Positions 10,641 to 19,843 of a DNA stretch of 64,000 nucleotides are shown piece by piece. Position 1 is the stretch's first letter, and each line of letters begins with the position of its first letter. Under the pieces are notes generated by a model. That model did no database searches and was not told where the DNA came from. It saw only the letters and a list, made by a program, of their open reading frames with translations. The position numbers and the translations under genes were made by a program. The stretch is from positions 266,450 through 330,449 of the forward strand of contig CBDCZB010000002.1 in assembly GCA_965224415.1 (NCBI GenBank), written 5' to 3'. Origin of the DNA: Dehalococcoidia bacterium. Lineage in GTDB: Bacteria; Chloroflexota; Dehalococcoidia; Lucifugimonadales; JAGWBF01.

Positions 10641-11957
10641 ATGGCCCTGAAAGACATCAGCCATTACGTTACTCGACCGGGTAAGACCCTCGGAGACCCA
10701 GACATCCAAATCCCCATCTCCCAAGACTTGGTGACCGTTCCGGGGATTCCTCTCAGAGACGACGACCTCACCTGCTACGACCGGGAGTATCCCCTGGAAT
10801 CGGTGAGCCTGACCGACAGCGCCGCTTTCGACTTCATGCGGCCTCGGAGAAAATACTTCTCCGAAGGCACGGAAAACCAGTCCAACTCCTACGACGAGTA
10901 CATGAAGCCCTACGTGAAGTGGGTGAAAGACAGCGGCGACACGGAACCCACGGGGACGCCCACTGGTGAAGACGTGACCGAGAAGATACGTCAGAAAGCG
11001 CGGGAACTTGGCTGCGTCGAGGTGGGTTTCACGGCCATGGACGAACGCTACGTCTACACCAGCAAACGGAAGGACATCAGGAAAGACCTGCCCCACGCCA
11101 TATGCCTGTCCATAGAGCAGGACTATGAGATGACCAAAATGACTCCCAGCGTGGCCACCATGTGGACCCACGACGACTGCTACGAGCGCCAAGCGCTCAT
11201 CGCCCAGGAGATGACGGCCTTAATCCACGAGTTGGGTTACAGCACTCAGGTGAACGGCCCGGCCATCAGCTACGGCCCGATGATTCCTCTGTTCGTGAAC
11301 GCGGGATTGGGACAGCTAGGGGCCAACGGCATTATCATGTCGCCCCACATCGGCCCGTGGACGCGGTTGCAGGTCATCATGACCGACGCCAAGGTCACCT
11401 ACACTGAACCCGTTGACTACGGCATTCACGCCTTTTGCCAGATATGCCAGGTATGCACCAACCGGTGCCCTGGACGAGCCATCGCGCGGGAGAAAGTCTG
11501 GTACCGGGGCACCCACAAGAACAAGATAGCAATGAGGCGCTGCATCCCCATGCTGTCCCGCTATCAAGCCTGCGGCGTGTGCATGAAGACTTGCCCCATC
11601 GGGGTCTACGGCATGAAGCCAGTCATGGACCACTACGTGGAAACCGGCGAGGTGCTGGGCAAGGGGACCCACGACCTAGAGGGCTACACGCTGCCGGAGA
11701 AAGGCTATTTCGGACCGGGTGAGCTGCCCAAGTTCGACAACGAAACTTTCGCCCTGCCACGGGGCCGTTCGGAAGACTGGATGTTCATCGAGTTCAGGGA
11801 CCAGCTTCAAATAGCGAAAGAGGACGGCATCCACGACACGTCAGCCCTCTGGGGCGAGTTCCAACAGAAGATCGAGAAGACCTTCAACAGGGAGTTCAAG
11901 TCGGACATGGCAATGGACATGCCGATGGAAGACGAGTCCGGCGGAGAACTGAACTAG
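10641..11957 (+). CDS. cytoplasmic 2x[4Fe-4S] protein of the reductive-dehalogenase/QueG superfamily
   Basis: AGLGQLGANGIIMSPHIGPW..LQVIMTD resembles the RdhA/QueG core. It is followed by CQICQVCTNRCP and ACGVCMKTCP cluster motifs. No Tat signal or anchor gene. Confidence 0.6.
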   Translation: MALKDISHYVTRPGKTLGDPDIQIPISQDLVTVPGIPLRDDDLTCYDREYPLESVSLTDSAAFDFMRPRRKYFSEGTENQSNSYDEYMKPYVKWVKDSGDTEPTGTPTGEDVTEKIRQKARELGCVEVGFTAMDERYVYTSKRKDIRKDLPHAICLSIEQDYEMTKMTPSVATMWTHDDCYERQALIAQEMTALIHELGYSTQVNGPAISYGPMIPLFVNAGLGQLGANGIIMSPHIGPWTRLQVIMTDAKVTYTEPVDYGIHAFCQICQVCTNRCPGRAIAREKVWYRGTHKNKIAMRRCIPMLSRYQACGVCMKTCPIGVYGMKPVMDHYVETGEVLGKGTHDLEGYTLPEKGYFGPGELPKFDNETFALPRGRSEDWMFIEFRDQLQIAKEDGIHDTSALWGEFQQKIEKTFNREFKSDMAMDMPMEDESGGELN

Positions 11958-11986
11958 CCAAACCTGCGAACCGCCATGAACCAAAT

Positions 11987-12020
11987 AAAGGCCCCGCCGA
12001 GCTTATTCGGCGGGGCCTTT
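11987..12020. terminator. bidirectional intrinsic terminator between convergent genes
   Basis: Perfect 14-bp stem AAAGGCCCCGCCGA / TCGGCGGGGCCTTT with a 6-nt loop. A-run on one side and T-rich on the other. Confidence 0.65.
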
Positions 12021-12054
12021 GTATTCGTTTCCCGGACGCTTAATGCCCGGACGC

Positions 12055-13248
12055 CTAATGCAATGAGGGGTGGGGACTGAATATGAAGCAGTAGTGGTAG
12101 TCCAGAGTCCCTCCGTTGCCGATGGACATCACTACGTCGTGTTTCTCGACTTGTCGCTCACCCCCGCTGCCCCGCGCCTGGACTATCCCCTCGGAAATGG
12201 GAGAGGCGGCCCAGAGGTAGTGGCCGGAGATTAGCCCGCCCCAGGTGTTGGTGGGGAGGGAGCCGCCGGGCTCCAGCTTGCCGTCCGACACGAAGGGTCC
12301 GCCTTCACCCTTGGCGCAGAACCCGTAGTCCTCAAGGGTCACTATGGCGGTGTAGGTATAGTTGTCGTACAGCTCGCATACGTCGATGTCCTGGGCCGTG
12401 ATGCCCGCCATGGGGAATGCCATCTCCCTCGCTATCTGGGCGCCCGTATTCACCTCGTTTTCATACCCGCTGCGCCTGGGGTTCCCAGGAAACCCTTCTC
12501 CCATTCCAACCACATAGGCCGGCGGCTGCTTCAGGTCCCGGGCACGCTCTTCTGAAGTCACGATGATGGCGATGGCCCCGTTGTTCACCATGCAACAATC
12601 GAACAGATGGAACGGCTCGCAGACCCAACGGGAGTTGTGGTAGTCCTCAAGAGTTATAGGATCGCGGTACACGGCCACCGGGTTCATCGCCGCCCACTTG
12701 CGGTTAGACACGGCAACGGCCCCCAAATGGTCGCTGGTAGTGCCGTAGAGAGCCATGTGGCGCCGGGCAGCCAGTGAGTACCTGGTGTTGGCCCCGTAGA
12801 AGCCGTAGGCGGCGTTCAGGCCAGCAAAACCGGTCATGGAACGTATCCGGGCATATGTCGCGGCGCCTGTGCCTGCGGGACGCTCGGGTCCAAGGGGAGC
12901 GTCGGCGAATACGTAGCACACGGTTTCAGCCATGCGCGTTTGAATAGCGCGGATGGCCAGAAACATGTTATGTCCCGGCGGGGAGTTGCTGTAGACTGGG
13001 GGGTGGTTCAGAATACGTAGATTGCGCAACCCCAGCGCGACATGGGGGGATTCCGCCCAAGAGGGGTCCGGCCGCATTCCGGGGTGGGTCACCAGCCCGT
13101 CCAGGTCATCCTTGGTGAGCCCGGCGTCGTCGAGGGCCATCTGCACAGCCTCTGCCGCCAAAGCCGTGGAGGACTTGACGTACCTGCGAGTCATCTGTGT
13201 TATCCCATGCCCCACGACGGCGGTCCTGCGTATGCTGCCAGTTGTCAT
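12055..13248 (-). CDS. thiolase-like (SCP-x/Ltp-type) protein, paralog 1
   Basis: 397 aa. Thiolase-fold blocks FDCCMVNNGAIAIIV, GGLISGH, NGG near the C-terminus. The position of the nucleophilic Cys reads PPGHNMFLAIRAIQ. Confidence 0.8.
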   Translation of the reverse strand: MTTGSIRRTAVVGHGITQMTRRYVKSSTALAAEAVQMALDDAGLTKDDLDGLVTHPGMRPDPSWAESPHVALGLRNLRILNHPPVYSNSPPGHNMFLAIRAIQTRMAETVCYVFADAPLGPERPAGTGAATYARIRSMTGFAGLNAAYGFYGANTRYSLAARRHMALYGTTSDHLGAVAVSNRKWAAMNPVAVYRDPITLEDYHNSRWVCEPFHLFDCCMVNNGAIAIIVTSEERARDLKQPPAYVVGMGEGFPGNPRRSGYENEVNTGAQIAREMAFPMAGITAQDIDVCELYDNYTYTAIVTLEDYGFCAKGEGGPFVSDGKLEPGGSLPTNTWGGLISGHYLWAASPISEGIVQARGSGGERQVEKHDVVMSIGNGGTLDYHYCFIFSPHPSLH

Positions 13249-13299
13249 CCTTTACCTCCCGCGCGAGTTTCTCTACATAAACAGGTGAATTATATTCTT

Positions 13300-14490
13300 T
13301 TAGTGCAGCGAAGGGTGGGGGCTGAATACAAAGCAGTAGTGGTAGTCCAGGGTGCCTCCCTGGGCTATGGACATCACCACGTCGTGCTTCTCTACCTGAC
13401 GCTCGCCGCCCGTTCCCCTAGCCTGTACGATGCCCTCGGAGATGGGTGACGCTCCCCACATATAGTGGCCGGAGCTAAGGCCGCCGTAGGTGTTGGAGGG
13501 CAGGGAGCCGCCCGGCTCCATCTTGCCGTCGGACACGAACGCTCCGCCTTCACCCTTGGCACAAAAACCGTAGTCCTCCAGCGTCACGATGCATGTGTAG
13601 GTGTAGTTGTCATACAACTCGCAAATGTCGACGTCCTGGGCTGTAATCCCCGCCATGGGGAAGGCCGTCTTCCCGGCAGTCACGGCGCCCGTGTTCACTT
13701 CGTTTTCGTACCCACGGCGGCGGGGGTTGCCGGGGAACCCTTCTCCCATCCCCACCACGTAGGCCGGGGGCTGCTTCAGATTCCGGGCCCTCTCCTCAGT
13801 GGTTACTATGATGGCGATGGCGCCGTTGTTGACCATGCAACAGTCGAACAAGTGGAAGGGGTCCACCACCCAGCGGGAGTTGTGGTAATCCTCCAAAGTG
13901 ATGAGGTCACGGTACACCGCCTGAGGGTTCAGGGCAGCCCACTTCCGGTTGGACACGGAAATGGCGCCGAACTGGTCGCTGGTGGTGCCGTAGAGGGCCA
14001 TGTGACGGCGAGCGGCCAACGCGTAGCTTGTGTTGGCTCCGAAGAAGCCGTAGGCGGCGGGAAGTCCGGCAAGCCCCACCGTACCGCGAATGCGTCCATA
14101 GGTGGCTGCTCCGGTCCCAGCGGGGCCTTGCGGCACCAGGGGCGCGTCGGCAAAGAGATAGCACACGGTTTCGGCCATGCCCGTCTGCACGGCACGGATG
14201 GCCAGGAACATATTCTGTCCCGGCGGCACCCCCGGGTAGGGCCAGTTGCTGAACAAGCGCAGATTGCGGAGGCCCAGCGAGACGTGGGGTTCCGTCCATC
14301 CGGCGTCGGGACGCATTCCAGGGTGGGTGGTCAGCCCGTCGATGTCATCCTTGGTCAGTCCGGCGTCGTCCAGGGCAAGTTGGAGCGCCTCGGCCGCCAA
14401 AGCCGTCGCAGGCTTGACGTACCTGCGGGTCATCTGTGTTACTCCCAGGCCCGCAACAGCAGCCCTGCGCAACGTCCTATCTGTCGCCAT
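13300..14490 (-). CDS. thiolase-like (SCP-x/Ltp-type) protein, paralog 2
   Basis: 396 aa, collinear with the 12055-13248 product and roughly 80% identical by eye. Same PPGQNMFLAIRAVQ in place of the Cys motif. Confidence 0.8.
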   Translation of the reverse strand: MATDRTLRRAAVAGLGVTQMTRRYVKPATALAAEALQLALDDAGLTKDDIDGLTTHPGMRPDAGWTEPHVSLGLRNLRLFSNWPYPGVPPGQNMFLAIRAVQTGMAETVCYLFADAPLVPQGPAGTGAATYGRIRGTVGLAGLPAAYGFFGANTSYALAARRHMALYGTTSDQFGAISVSNRKWAALNPQAVYRDLITLEDYHNSRWVVDPFHLFDCCMVNNGAIAIIVTTEERARNLKQPPAYVVGMGEGFPGNPRRRGYENEVNTGAVTAGKTAFPMAGITAQDVDICELYDNYTYTCIVTLEDYGFCAKGEGGAFVSDGKMEPGGSLPSNTYGGLSSGHYMWGASPISEGIVQARGTGGERQVEKHDVVMSIAQGGTLDYHYCFVFSPHPSLH

Positions 14491-14611
14491 TATTCACCTC
14501 TCGTATAAGTTGCCCACAAAGACACATGATAGGCGGCCGGCGCTTGTGCTCATTCCGGCCGCCGTGTCAGCGATGCCGCCGAACCCGATAGTTAAAGACC
14601 CGGGTCGGAAG

Positions 14612-17305
14612 CTATATCACTCCGGACTCGGTCAGGACCATCAGCTGTTCCTTGCTGAAGCCCAACTCGCCGCAAAGAATTTCTTCGTTGTGCTCTCCAA
14701 TGAGCGGCGCGCGGCGAGATATGCGCCAAGGCGACCCGTTGTAAATGGCGCCGCCGCCAGGGTAAGTGAAGGTTCGCCCCAGTTCGGGATGCTCCACATC
14801 TATGTAGAAGTTGCGGGCACGGAGATGGTCGTCATCTATCATCTCATCCCAGGACCGTATGTAAGCCCAGGGCAGGCCCATTTTGGCGGCGCCGTGCCAC
14901 AGGTCGTTAGGGCGCATCGCCTTGAAGAAGTCTGCCAGAATCTCGTAAATGCGCTCCCGGTTCTCGGCGATCAGGTCCGGTGTGTTGTATTCGGCCAGTT
15001 CCCGGGCCATGCCGTATTCGTCCATCCACTTGGCCACCTGCTCGATTTTCGCGGGAAGGAGCATGGGGGTGCTCCAGGCCGTGGTGGCAAAGTGGCCCTC
15101 GAATTTGGTGGGCATCTCTTTGCCGCTGACGTATTCGGTGTCGATCTCCCTGGCGGAGCCGTGGCGACCTGTGTGCCGGAAAATCTTAGTCTGGTTGAAG
15201 ATGTAGTTGGGTACGGCGTTCTCAGTGGTCAAGGCCAACGCCTCGTGAATGGATGAGTCGATGTACTGGCCTTCGCCGGTGGCGTCCCGGGTTATCAGGG
15301 CCGACACGATGGCCATGTATGCGTAGTGGGAGCCGCAGTGCCAGGCCTGCCCGCCTCCTACAGCAATCGGCGGCCGTTCCGGGTCATCCACGGCGTCATA
15401 GCCGCACTCAGCCATCTGTCCGCCCGCCGCCAGAAGCGCCAGGTCACTGACCTTGTAGTCCTTCCACGGTCCCGTCTGCCCGAAGGGAGTGATGGAGCAC
15501 ACGATGAGCCTCTTGTTGTCTTTGGACAGCTCGTCGTAGCCCAGTCCCTGCGACTCCATCCAGCCCGGCGGACAGGTCTCTATCACCAGATCGGCGTTAG
15601 CAGACAGACGCTTGAATACTTGCTTGCCGGCGTCGGTGGCGATGTCCAGGGTGATCCCCCGCTTGGAGGTGTTGTAGTGCCAGAAGTAGAGGCTGCGCTC
15701 GCGGTTTGGCACGTCATTCAGGAAAGGACCCATGGTACGGGTCTCGTCGCCGCCGGGAGGCTCGATCTTGATCACGTCCGCCCCCAGGTCGGCCAGCAGC
15801 TTGCCGCACCAATGGCCGTGCTCGTTGGCCAATTCCAACACACGCAGCCCAGCGAAGGGCCCGGCGCCGGACTGGCTGTTCTGCTGGGTGGGAGCGGGAG
15901 ACTTAGCTGCGCTGGCGCCGTTAGAGCCAGTCCCGTTGGACGGCGCCGTCAGAGACTCCTGGATGTGGGGGAAACGGGGAAACTCCTGGGGCCAGAACGT
16001 GCCGTCGTCAAAGCCCTCCACGATTTCATTGCGGCTCAGGCCCAGAACCCGCTCCATCACTTCTACGGTGTGTTCGCCGATCTGGGGCGCCGACTTGAAG
16101 ACGCCCACATCCGACTTTGACATGACAAAGGGCATGTTTTGGAGCTTTTTCCGGCCCACCACCGGGTGGTCCCTCTCCACGAACATCCCTCGCGCCTGAA
16201 GCTGCGGGTCCCTGTCGACCTTGTCGTCTGCGCTCTGCACCGGCATTGCCCGCACACCCGCCGCCTGGCACTTCTCCATTATCTCGTACTTGTCCTGGGT
16301 CAACGTCCACTCCAGGATGCCCTGGTCAAGTTCTTCCTGGTTCTCGATGCGGCCCATCGTAGTAGCGAACTTGGGGTCAGTAGCCCATGCAGGGCTTCCC
16401 ATGACCTTCACCAGTGCCCGCCATTCCTCGTCTGTGTGACAAACGATGGCGCACCAGTCATTGTGGTCATCGCCTTTGGTCTGGTAGCTGTTGTGGGGAG
16501 CCACCACCGGCCCGCGGTAGTTGGGCGCTAGGGGAGCGCCTGGCCAGATTGCCCGGTTGCCGGGCGGGAAGCCTGGCCGACGCGCCGGACGCTCGTTGAT
16601 GCTGCGGTCCAGGAACGCGGCTCCTGTCTGGGTGGCGCCGATGATCATCTGGGCCATGTCAACGTGCTGCCCCTGGCCCGTCTTATTGCGATGGTGCAGG
16701 GCTGTCAACACGCTGTTGGCAGCGTAGATGCCCGCCGTGTCGTCCATATAGGAGTAGCCGAACCCAGCCGGAATCATGCCGGGCTTGCCCACCAGGTACG
16801 TCAAGCCGGAGAGAGACTGAGTGGACTGGCCCACCAGCATGTAGTCCCTTTGCGGGCCCGTGTGGCCGAATCCACCCATAGATACGTAGACAATGCCAGG
16901 GTTGATTTCCCGCATCTCCTCATAGCCCAACCCCCATCGCGTCATCACCGTGGCTGTAAAGTTCTCCACCACCACGTCGGAGGCTTCGATGAGCCGCTTT
17001 ACCAGCGGGAATCCCTTCTCGCTGCGTACGTTGAGAGTGATGCTCAGCTTGCCCGCGTTCCCGTCCACGTTGGAGGCGCTGACGTTGGGATCGACAATCG
17101 GCCTGCCGTCGGCTCCGGGCGCGACGCCCCGCTGCCCCGGGTTGAAGGTCCACTGTACTTTCAGCACCTCGGCGCCCAGGGTCGCCAGCCACCTGGTGCC
17201 CCAGGGGCCGGACCTCAGCCAGGTGAAGTCCAATACTCTGATTCCGTCTAAGGAAGCTGGTAAACTCACAAGACCACCTCTCAAAGGGAAAACGGCGAAC
17301 GTCAC
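14612..17305 (-). CDS. fused tandem family-III (CaiB/BaiF) CoA-transferase
   Basis: 897 aa with two complete CoA-transferase III halves (LDGIRVLDFTW..LGAEVLKVQ and FAGLRVLELAN..LGADVIKIEPPGGDETR). They are joined by an S/G/A/P-rich linker (APSNGTGSNGASAAKSPAPTQQNSQSGAG). Confidence 0.85.
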   Translation of the reverse strand: MTFAVFPLRGGLVSLPASLDGIRVLDFTWLRSGPWGTRWLATLGAEVLKVQWTFNPGQRGVAPGADGRPIVDPNVSASNVDGNAGKLSITLNVRSEKGFPLVKRLIEASDVVVENFTATVMTRWGLGYEEMREINPGIVYVSMGGFGHTGPQRDYMLVGQSTQSLSGLTYLVGKPGMIPAGFGYSYMDDTAGIYAANSVLTALHHRNKTGQGQHVDMAQMIIGATQTGAAFLDRSINERPARRPGFPPGNRAIWPGAPLAPNYRGPVVAPHNSYQTKGDDHNDWCAIVCHTDEEWRALVKVMGSPAWATDPKFATTMGRIENQEELDQGILEWTLTQDKYEIMEKCQAAGVRAMPVQSADDKVDRDPQLQARGMFVERDHPVVGRKKLQNMPFVMSKSDVGVFKSAPQIGEHTVEVMERVLGLSRNEIVEGFDDGTFWPQEFPRFPHIQESLTAPSNGTGSNGASAAKSPAPTQQNSQSGAGPFAGLRVLELANEHGHWCGKLLADLGADVIKIEPPGGDETRTMGPFLNDVPNRERSLYFWHYNTSKRGITLDIATDAGKQVFKRLSANADLVIETCPPGWMESQGLGYDELSKDNKRLIVCSITPFGQTGPWKDYKVSDLALLAAGGQMAECGYDAVDDPERPPIAVGGGQAWHCGSHYAYMAIVSALITRDATGEGQYIDSSIHEALALTTENAVPNYIFNQTKIFRHTGRHGSAREIDTEYVSGKEMPTKFEGHFATTAWSTPMLLPAKIEQVAKWMDEYGMARELAEYNTPDLIAENRERIYEILADFFKAMRPNDLWHGAAKMGLPWAYIRSWDEMIDDDHLRARNFYIDVEHPELGRTFTYPGGGAIYNGSPWRISRRAPLIGEHNEEILCGELGFSKEQLMVLTESGVI

Positions 17306-17430
17306 ACAGCACGCCCGCCTCTCCCTAGGCTGCGGTGATTATAGGTTGGCTCCGAATAGGGGTCAAGGACTTCGCATGGCCAGTGCCGTGAGCCGCTGTA
17401 GCTACGGCGTCTGCCTTGTCACCGGAGGAC

Positions 17431-17916
17431 TTATTCCTCCTGAAGATTCTGCACGTCTATATTTACAGGCCCTCCCAAGGAGATACAACCGTATCTAAGC
17501 CTGCTTTCATTCCACTCTCTGTCTCTAGCAGCTTTCTTTTCCTTATCAAACGGAGCAGGAGTAAAGCTCAGATAATAACTAGATGGAACTCCAGGGATAG
17601 ACTGAAGCACGGAGTCGATGTCAGGCGGGTCTTTCAAGAACCCATGTATGGACTCCTGTTGGGTTTGTAAGGAGATTAGAGGATGTACGGTACAGGCCTT
17701 GCTTTTTGGCGTATTGATATAGCGTACCCTGTGGCCACCGATTACGTCAGGAATGTTCGCCACCCAGCTGTCGTCGTAGTTGACGTCAAGCATCGGAGAC
17801 GATTGGCGTTTCGGCCCCTCCTCCGGACGCTGGCCCAGCGTCTGATTGGACCCTGAACCAGCAAACACTAGGACAAAAAGCACGACAAGAGTGGAGGCAG
17901 TTACCGCTGGTTTCAT
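17431..17916 (-). CDS. hypothetical secreted protein (lower-GC gene)
   Basis: Signal-like N-terminus MKPAVTASTLVVLFVLVFAGSGS. No recognisable domain. Visibly AT-richer than its neighbours. Confidence 0.45.
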   Translation of the reverse strand: MKPAVTASTLVVLFVLVFAGSGSNQTLGQRPEEGPKRQSSPMLDVNYDDSWVANIPDVIGGHRVRYINTPKSKACTVHPLISLQTQQESIHGFLKDPPDIDSVLQSIPGVPSSYYLSFTPAPFDKEKKAARDREWNESRLRYGCISLGGPVNIDVQNLQEE

Positions 17917-17949
17917 AAGTCACCGTCTGCGTTACCTATCGGGCTTTTG

Positions 17950-18225
17950 CTAACGCAGCCTCTCGCACGGGATGCCGCCTCCATCGAGGGCTAGAAAAAA
18001 GCGGTCGCTCTCGGGCCTACCGTTGGCTTTGTACAACGCCATAGCCTCACACCAAGTATCAAACCATCTACAAAAGCTATGGCGACTTAGGCCGGGGCCT
18101 CTGGGACCATCTGGCGTGGGAGTCTCCGCCGGGTCGGCTGGCGTCGGATAAGCGGTCGTCGATTCATCGGGCCTGCAACCAGCAACTGCCAGCAACAGCC
18201 ACACGACGACCGCGGACGCTTGCAA
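17950..18225 (-). CDS. hypothetical small lipoprotein
   Basis: TTG start. Lipobox-like LLLAVAGC followed by a P/T-rich stretch. Confidence 0.35.
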   Translation of the reverse strand: MQASAVVVWLLLAVAGCRPDESTTAYPTPADPAETPTPDGPRGPGLSRHSFCRWFDTWCEAMALYKANGRPESDRFFLALDGGGIPCERLR

Positions 18226-18501
18226 CCTCCCTGTGGCGCGATCACAAGTCTCCAGCCGTCCTCCTTGCTTGGCGGCAGACTTCAGCGGATGTGGTTTCCA
18301 TAGTGAAAAGCCCTGATCCTATGCCAACCATCATTGTGATGGTTGGCTATCGAATGACGAAGAGCAACCGAGTCGCCAACTTGAATGTATCCCATGGGCA
18401 GAGATTTCTGCTGTCGACGCTAGTCCAATCGATGCGAAAACCAGTCCACGAGGGCTTTAGCTCCAAGAGTCAGGCCGATGGCGGACTTACGGAACAAGCG
18501 G

Positions 18502-19173
18502 CTAGCACCGGTTTGCGTAGCCTGTCGTCAGCCCCTCCAACAACCCGTGGTACAAGCTGGCCCAATAGTAGTCCCAATTGTAATCAGCGACGAGGCCGCG
18601 CAACTGTGTCGGGCCGACTGCCACATCTTCCACGTATTCCCTGAGCAACGTTTCATTGTGAAGGGCAAGTCCCATCACCAGCTCCAACGACACACAGTCA
18701 TACCGTTCTTTGGCGATCCGGCCCCCCACCTTGACGCCCCTTTCAAGCCAGAAGGCATACCGCCCAACGCCTATCCATCTGCTTTCATAGAAACCGAAAT
18801 CCACCGGCGACGGCTTTACGTACCCTGCTGGGGTTGCCGTCGGCTTTGGCGTGGCTGTGGGGAAGGGCGGCGTGGCCGTTGGCGTGGGCACCGGCGTCGG
18901 TGTCGGAGTAACAGTGGGGAAGGCCGGCGTATTTGTGACCGTCGGCGGCGGGTCGATGACTTCCAGATCCTCCATAACGTCACGGAACTCTCCCGCCAAC
19001 GTGAGCAGCCGCTCGCTCGCCTGTGTGGTTGCCCGCACCTGGGCGTTCCAATAGGGGTCCGCGCGGTACCCTTGAGATCCTTGAGGGGTAGGCTCTGTTG
19101 TGTCGCAGCTGACCCCAAGGACCAGGGAGCCAAGGACGACTAATGCCGCTATGACGGGGATAAGGGGCGTCAT
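18502..19173 (-). CDS. hypothetical lipoprotein with P/T-rich linker
   Basis: MTPLIPVIAALVVLGSLVLGVSC lipobox and TPTPTPVPTPTATPPFPTATPKPTATP linker. AGGAGAG RBS just inside the IS630 boundary. Confidence 0.5.
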   Translation of the reverse strand: MTPLIPVIAALVVLGSLVLGVSCDTTEPTPQGSQGYRADPYWNAQVRATTQASERLLTLAGEFRDVMEDLEVIDPPPTVTNTPAFPTVTPTPTPVPTPTATPPFPTATPKPTATPAGYVKPSPVDFGFYESRWIGVGRYAFWLERGVKVGGRIAKERYDCVSLELVMGLALHNETLLREYVEDVAVGPTQLRGLVADYNWDYYWASLYHGLLEGLTTGYANRC

Positions 19174-19199
19174 GCCGACTCTCCTAGTACTGAACCAAA

Positions 19200-19832
19200 T
19201 CAGGATTGGCAGGGATAGAGGCGATGGAGTTTGCGTCTGGCGTCTTGGGCAGTGAACCGCCAGTTAATGGTAGCTCCTATCGCGTTCCGCTCTGACACGC
19301 AGGCGCTGACGGCTCTTTCCAGGCTGTCCTCATCTCCGTTGCGTCCGCGCAGGCAGGCCCGGGCCAGCACGCTGAACTCGATCTCCGCCATATTCAGCCA
19401 GCTTCCGTGCTTGGGAGTGTGGTGCAACTCCAGCCGCTTGGCGATGCGCCGGGCCTCGGCCGCCGGGAAAGTCTCGTAAAGCGAGGCCATCCGATGCGTG
19501 TTCAGATTGTCGAGAACCAGCCGAATCACCGGGACATCGGGGTAGGCCTCATCCACCAGCCACCGCATCTGCTGAGCGAAGTCCTGCATGGTGCGTTGCC
19601 GGGTTATCGCCACGTGGCGCCAGCCCCGGCGAGGCTCACAGGTGAGGAACAGGTTGCGCGTCCCTCCCCGCTGGTATTCGTAGTCCTCACGCCTCGGCCT
19701 CCCAGGCTTTGCCGGCAGCGGTTCCCTCACGTCGGCCAGCAACTGGGTGGAGGTCTCGTCAAAGCAGACCACCGGCCTCTGCGGATCGTAGGGCTCGGCG
19801 TAGAGATCCAGCACGTCCTCCATGGCCGCCAC
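19200..19832 (-). CDS. IS630 transposase, DDE catalytic part (downstream frame)
   Basis: VCFDETSTQLL..., DYEYQRGGTRNLF, LVLDNLNTHR, HHTPKHGSWLNMAEIEF are typical DDE_3/IS630 blocks. Confidence 0.85.
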   Translation of the reverse strand: MAAMEDVLDLYAEPYDPQRPVVCFDETSTQLLADVREPLPAKPGRPRREDYEYQRGGTRNLFLTCEPRRGWRHVAITRQRTMQDFAQQMRWLVDEAYPDVPVIRLVLDNLNTHRMASLYETFPAAEARRIAKRLELHHTPKHGSWLNMAEIEFSVLARACLRGRNGDEDSLERAVSACVSERNAIGATINWRFTAQDARRKLHRLYPCQS

Positions 19833-19843
19833 GAACTCTCCAC

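Noticed and set aside
13465-15256. Plus-strand ORFs of 347 aa (13465-14508) and 336 aa (14246-15256)
   Set aside because: Antisense to the thiolase-like and CoA-transferase genes, which have clear family motifs. The composition is shadow-ORF-like.
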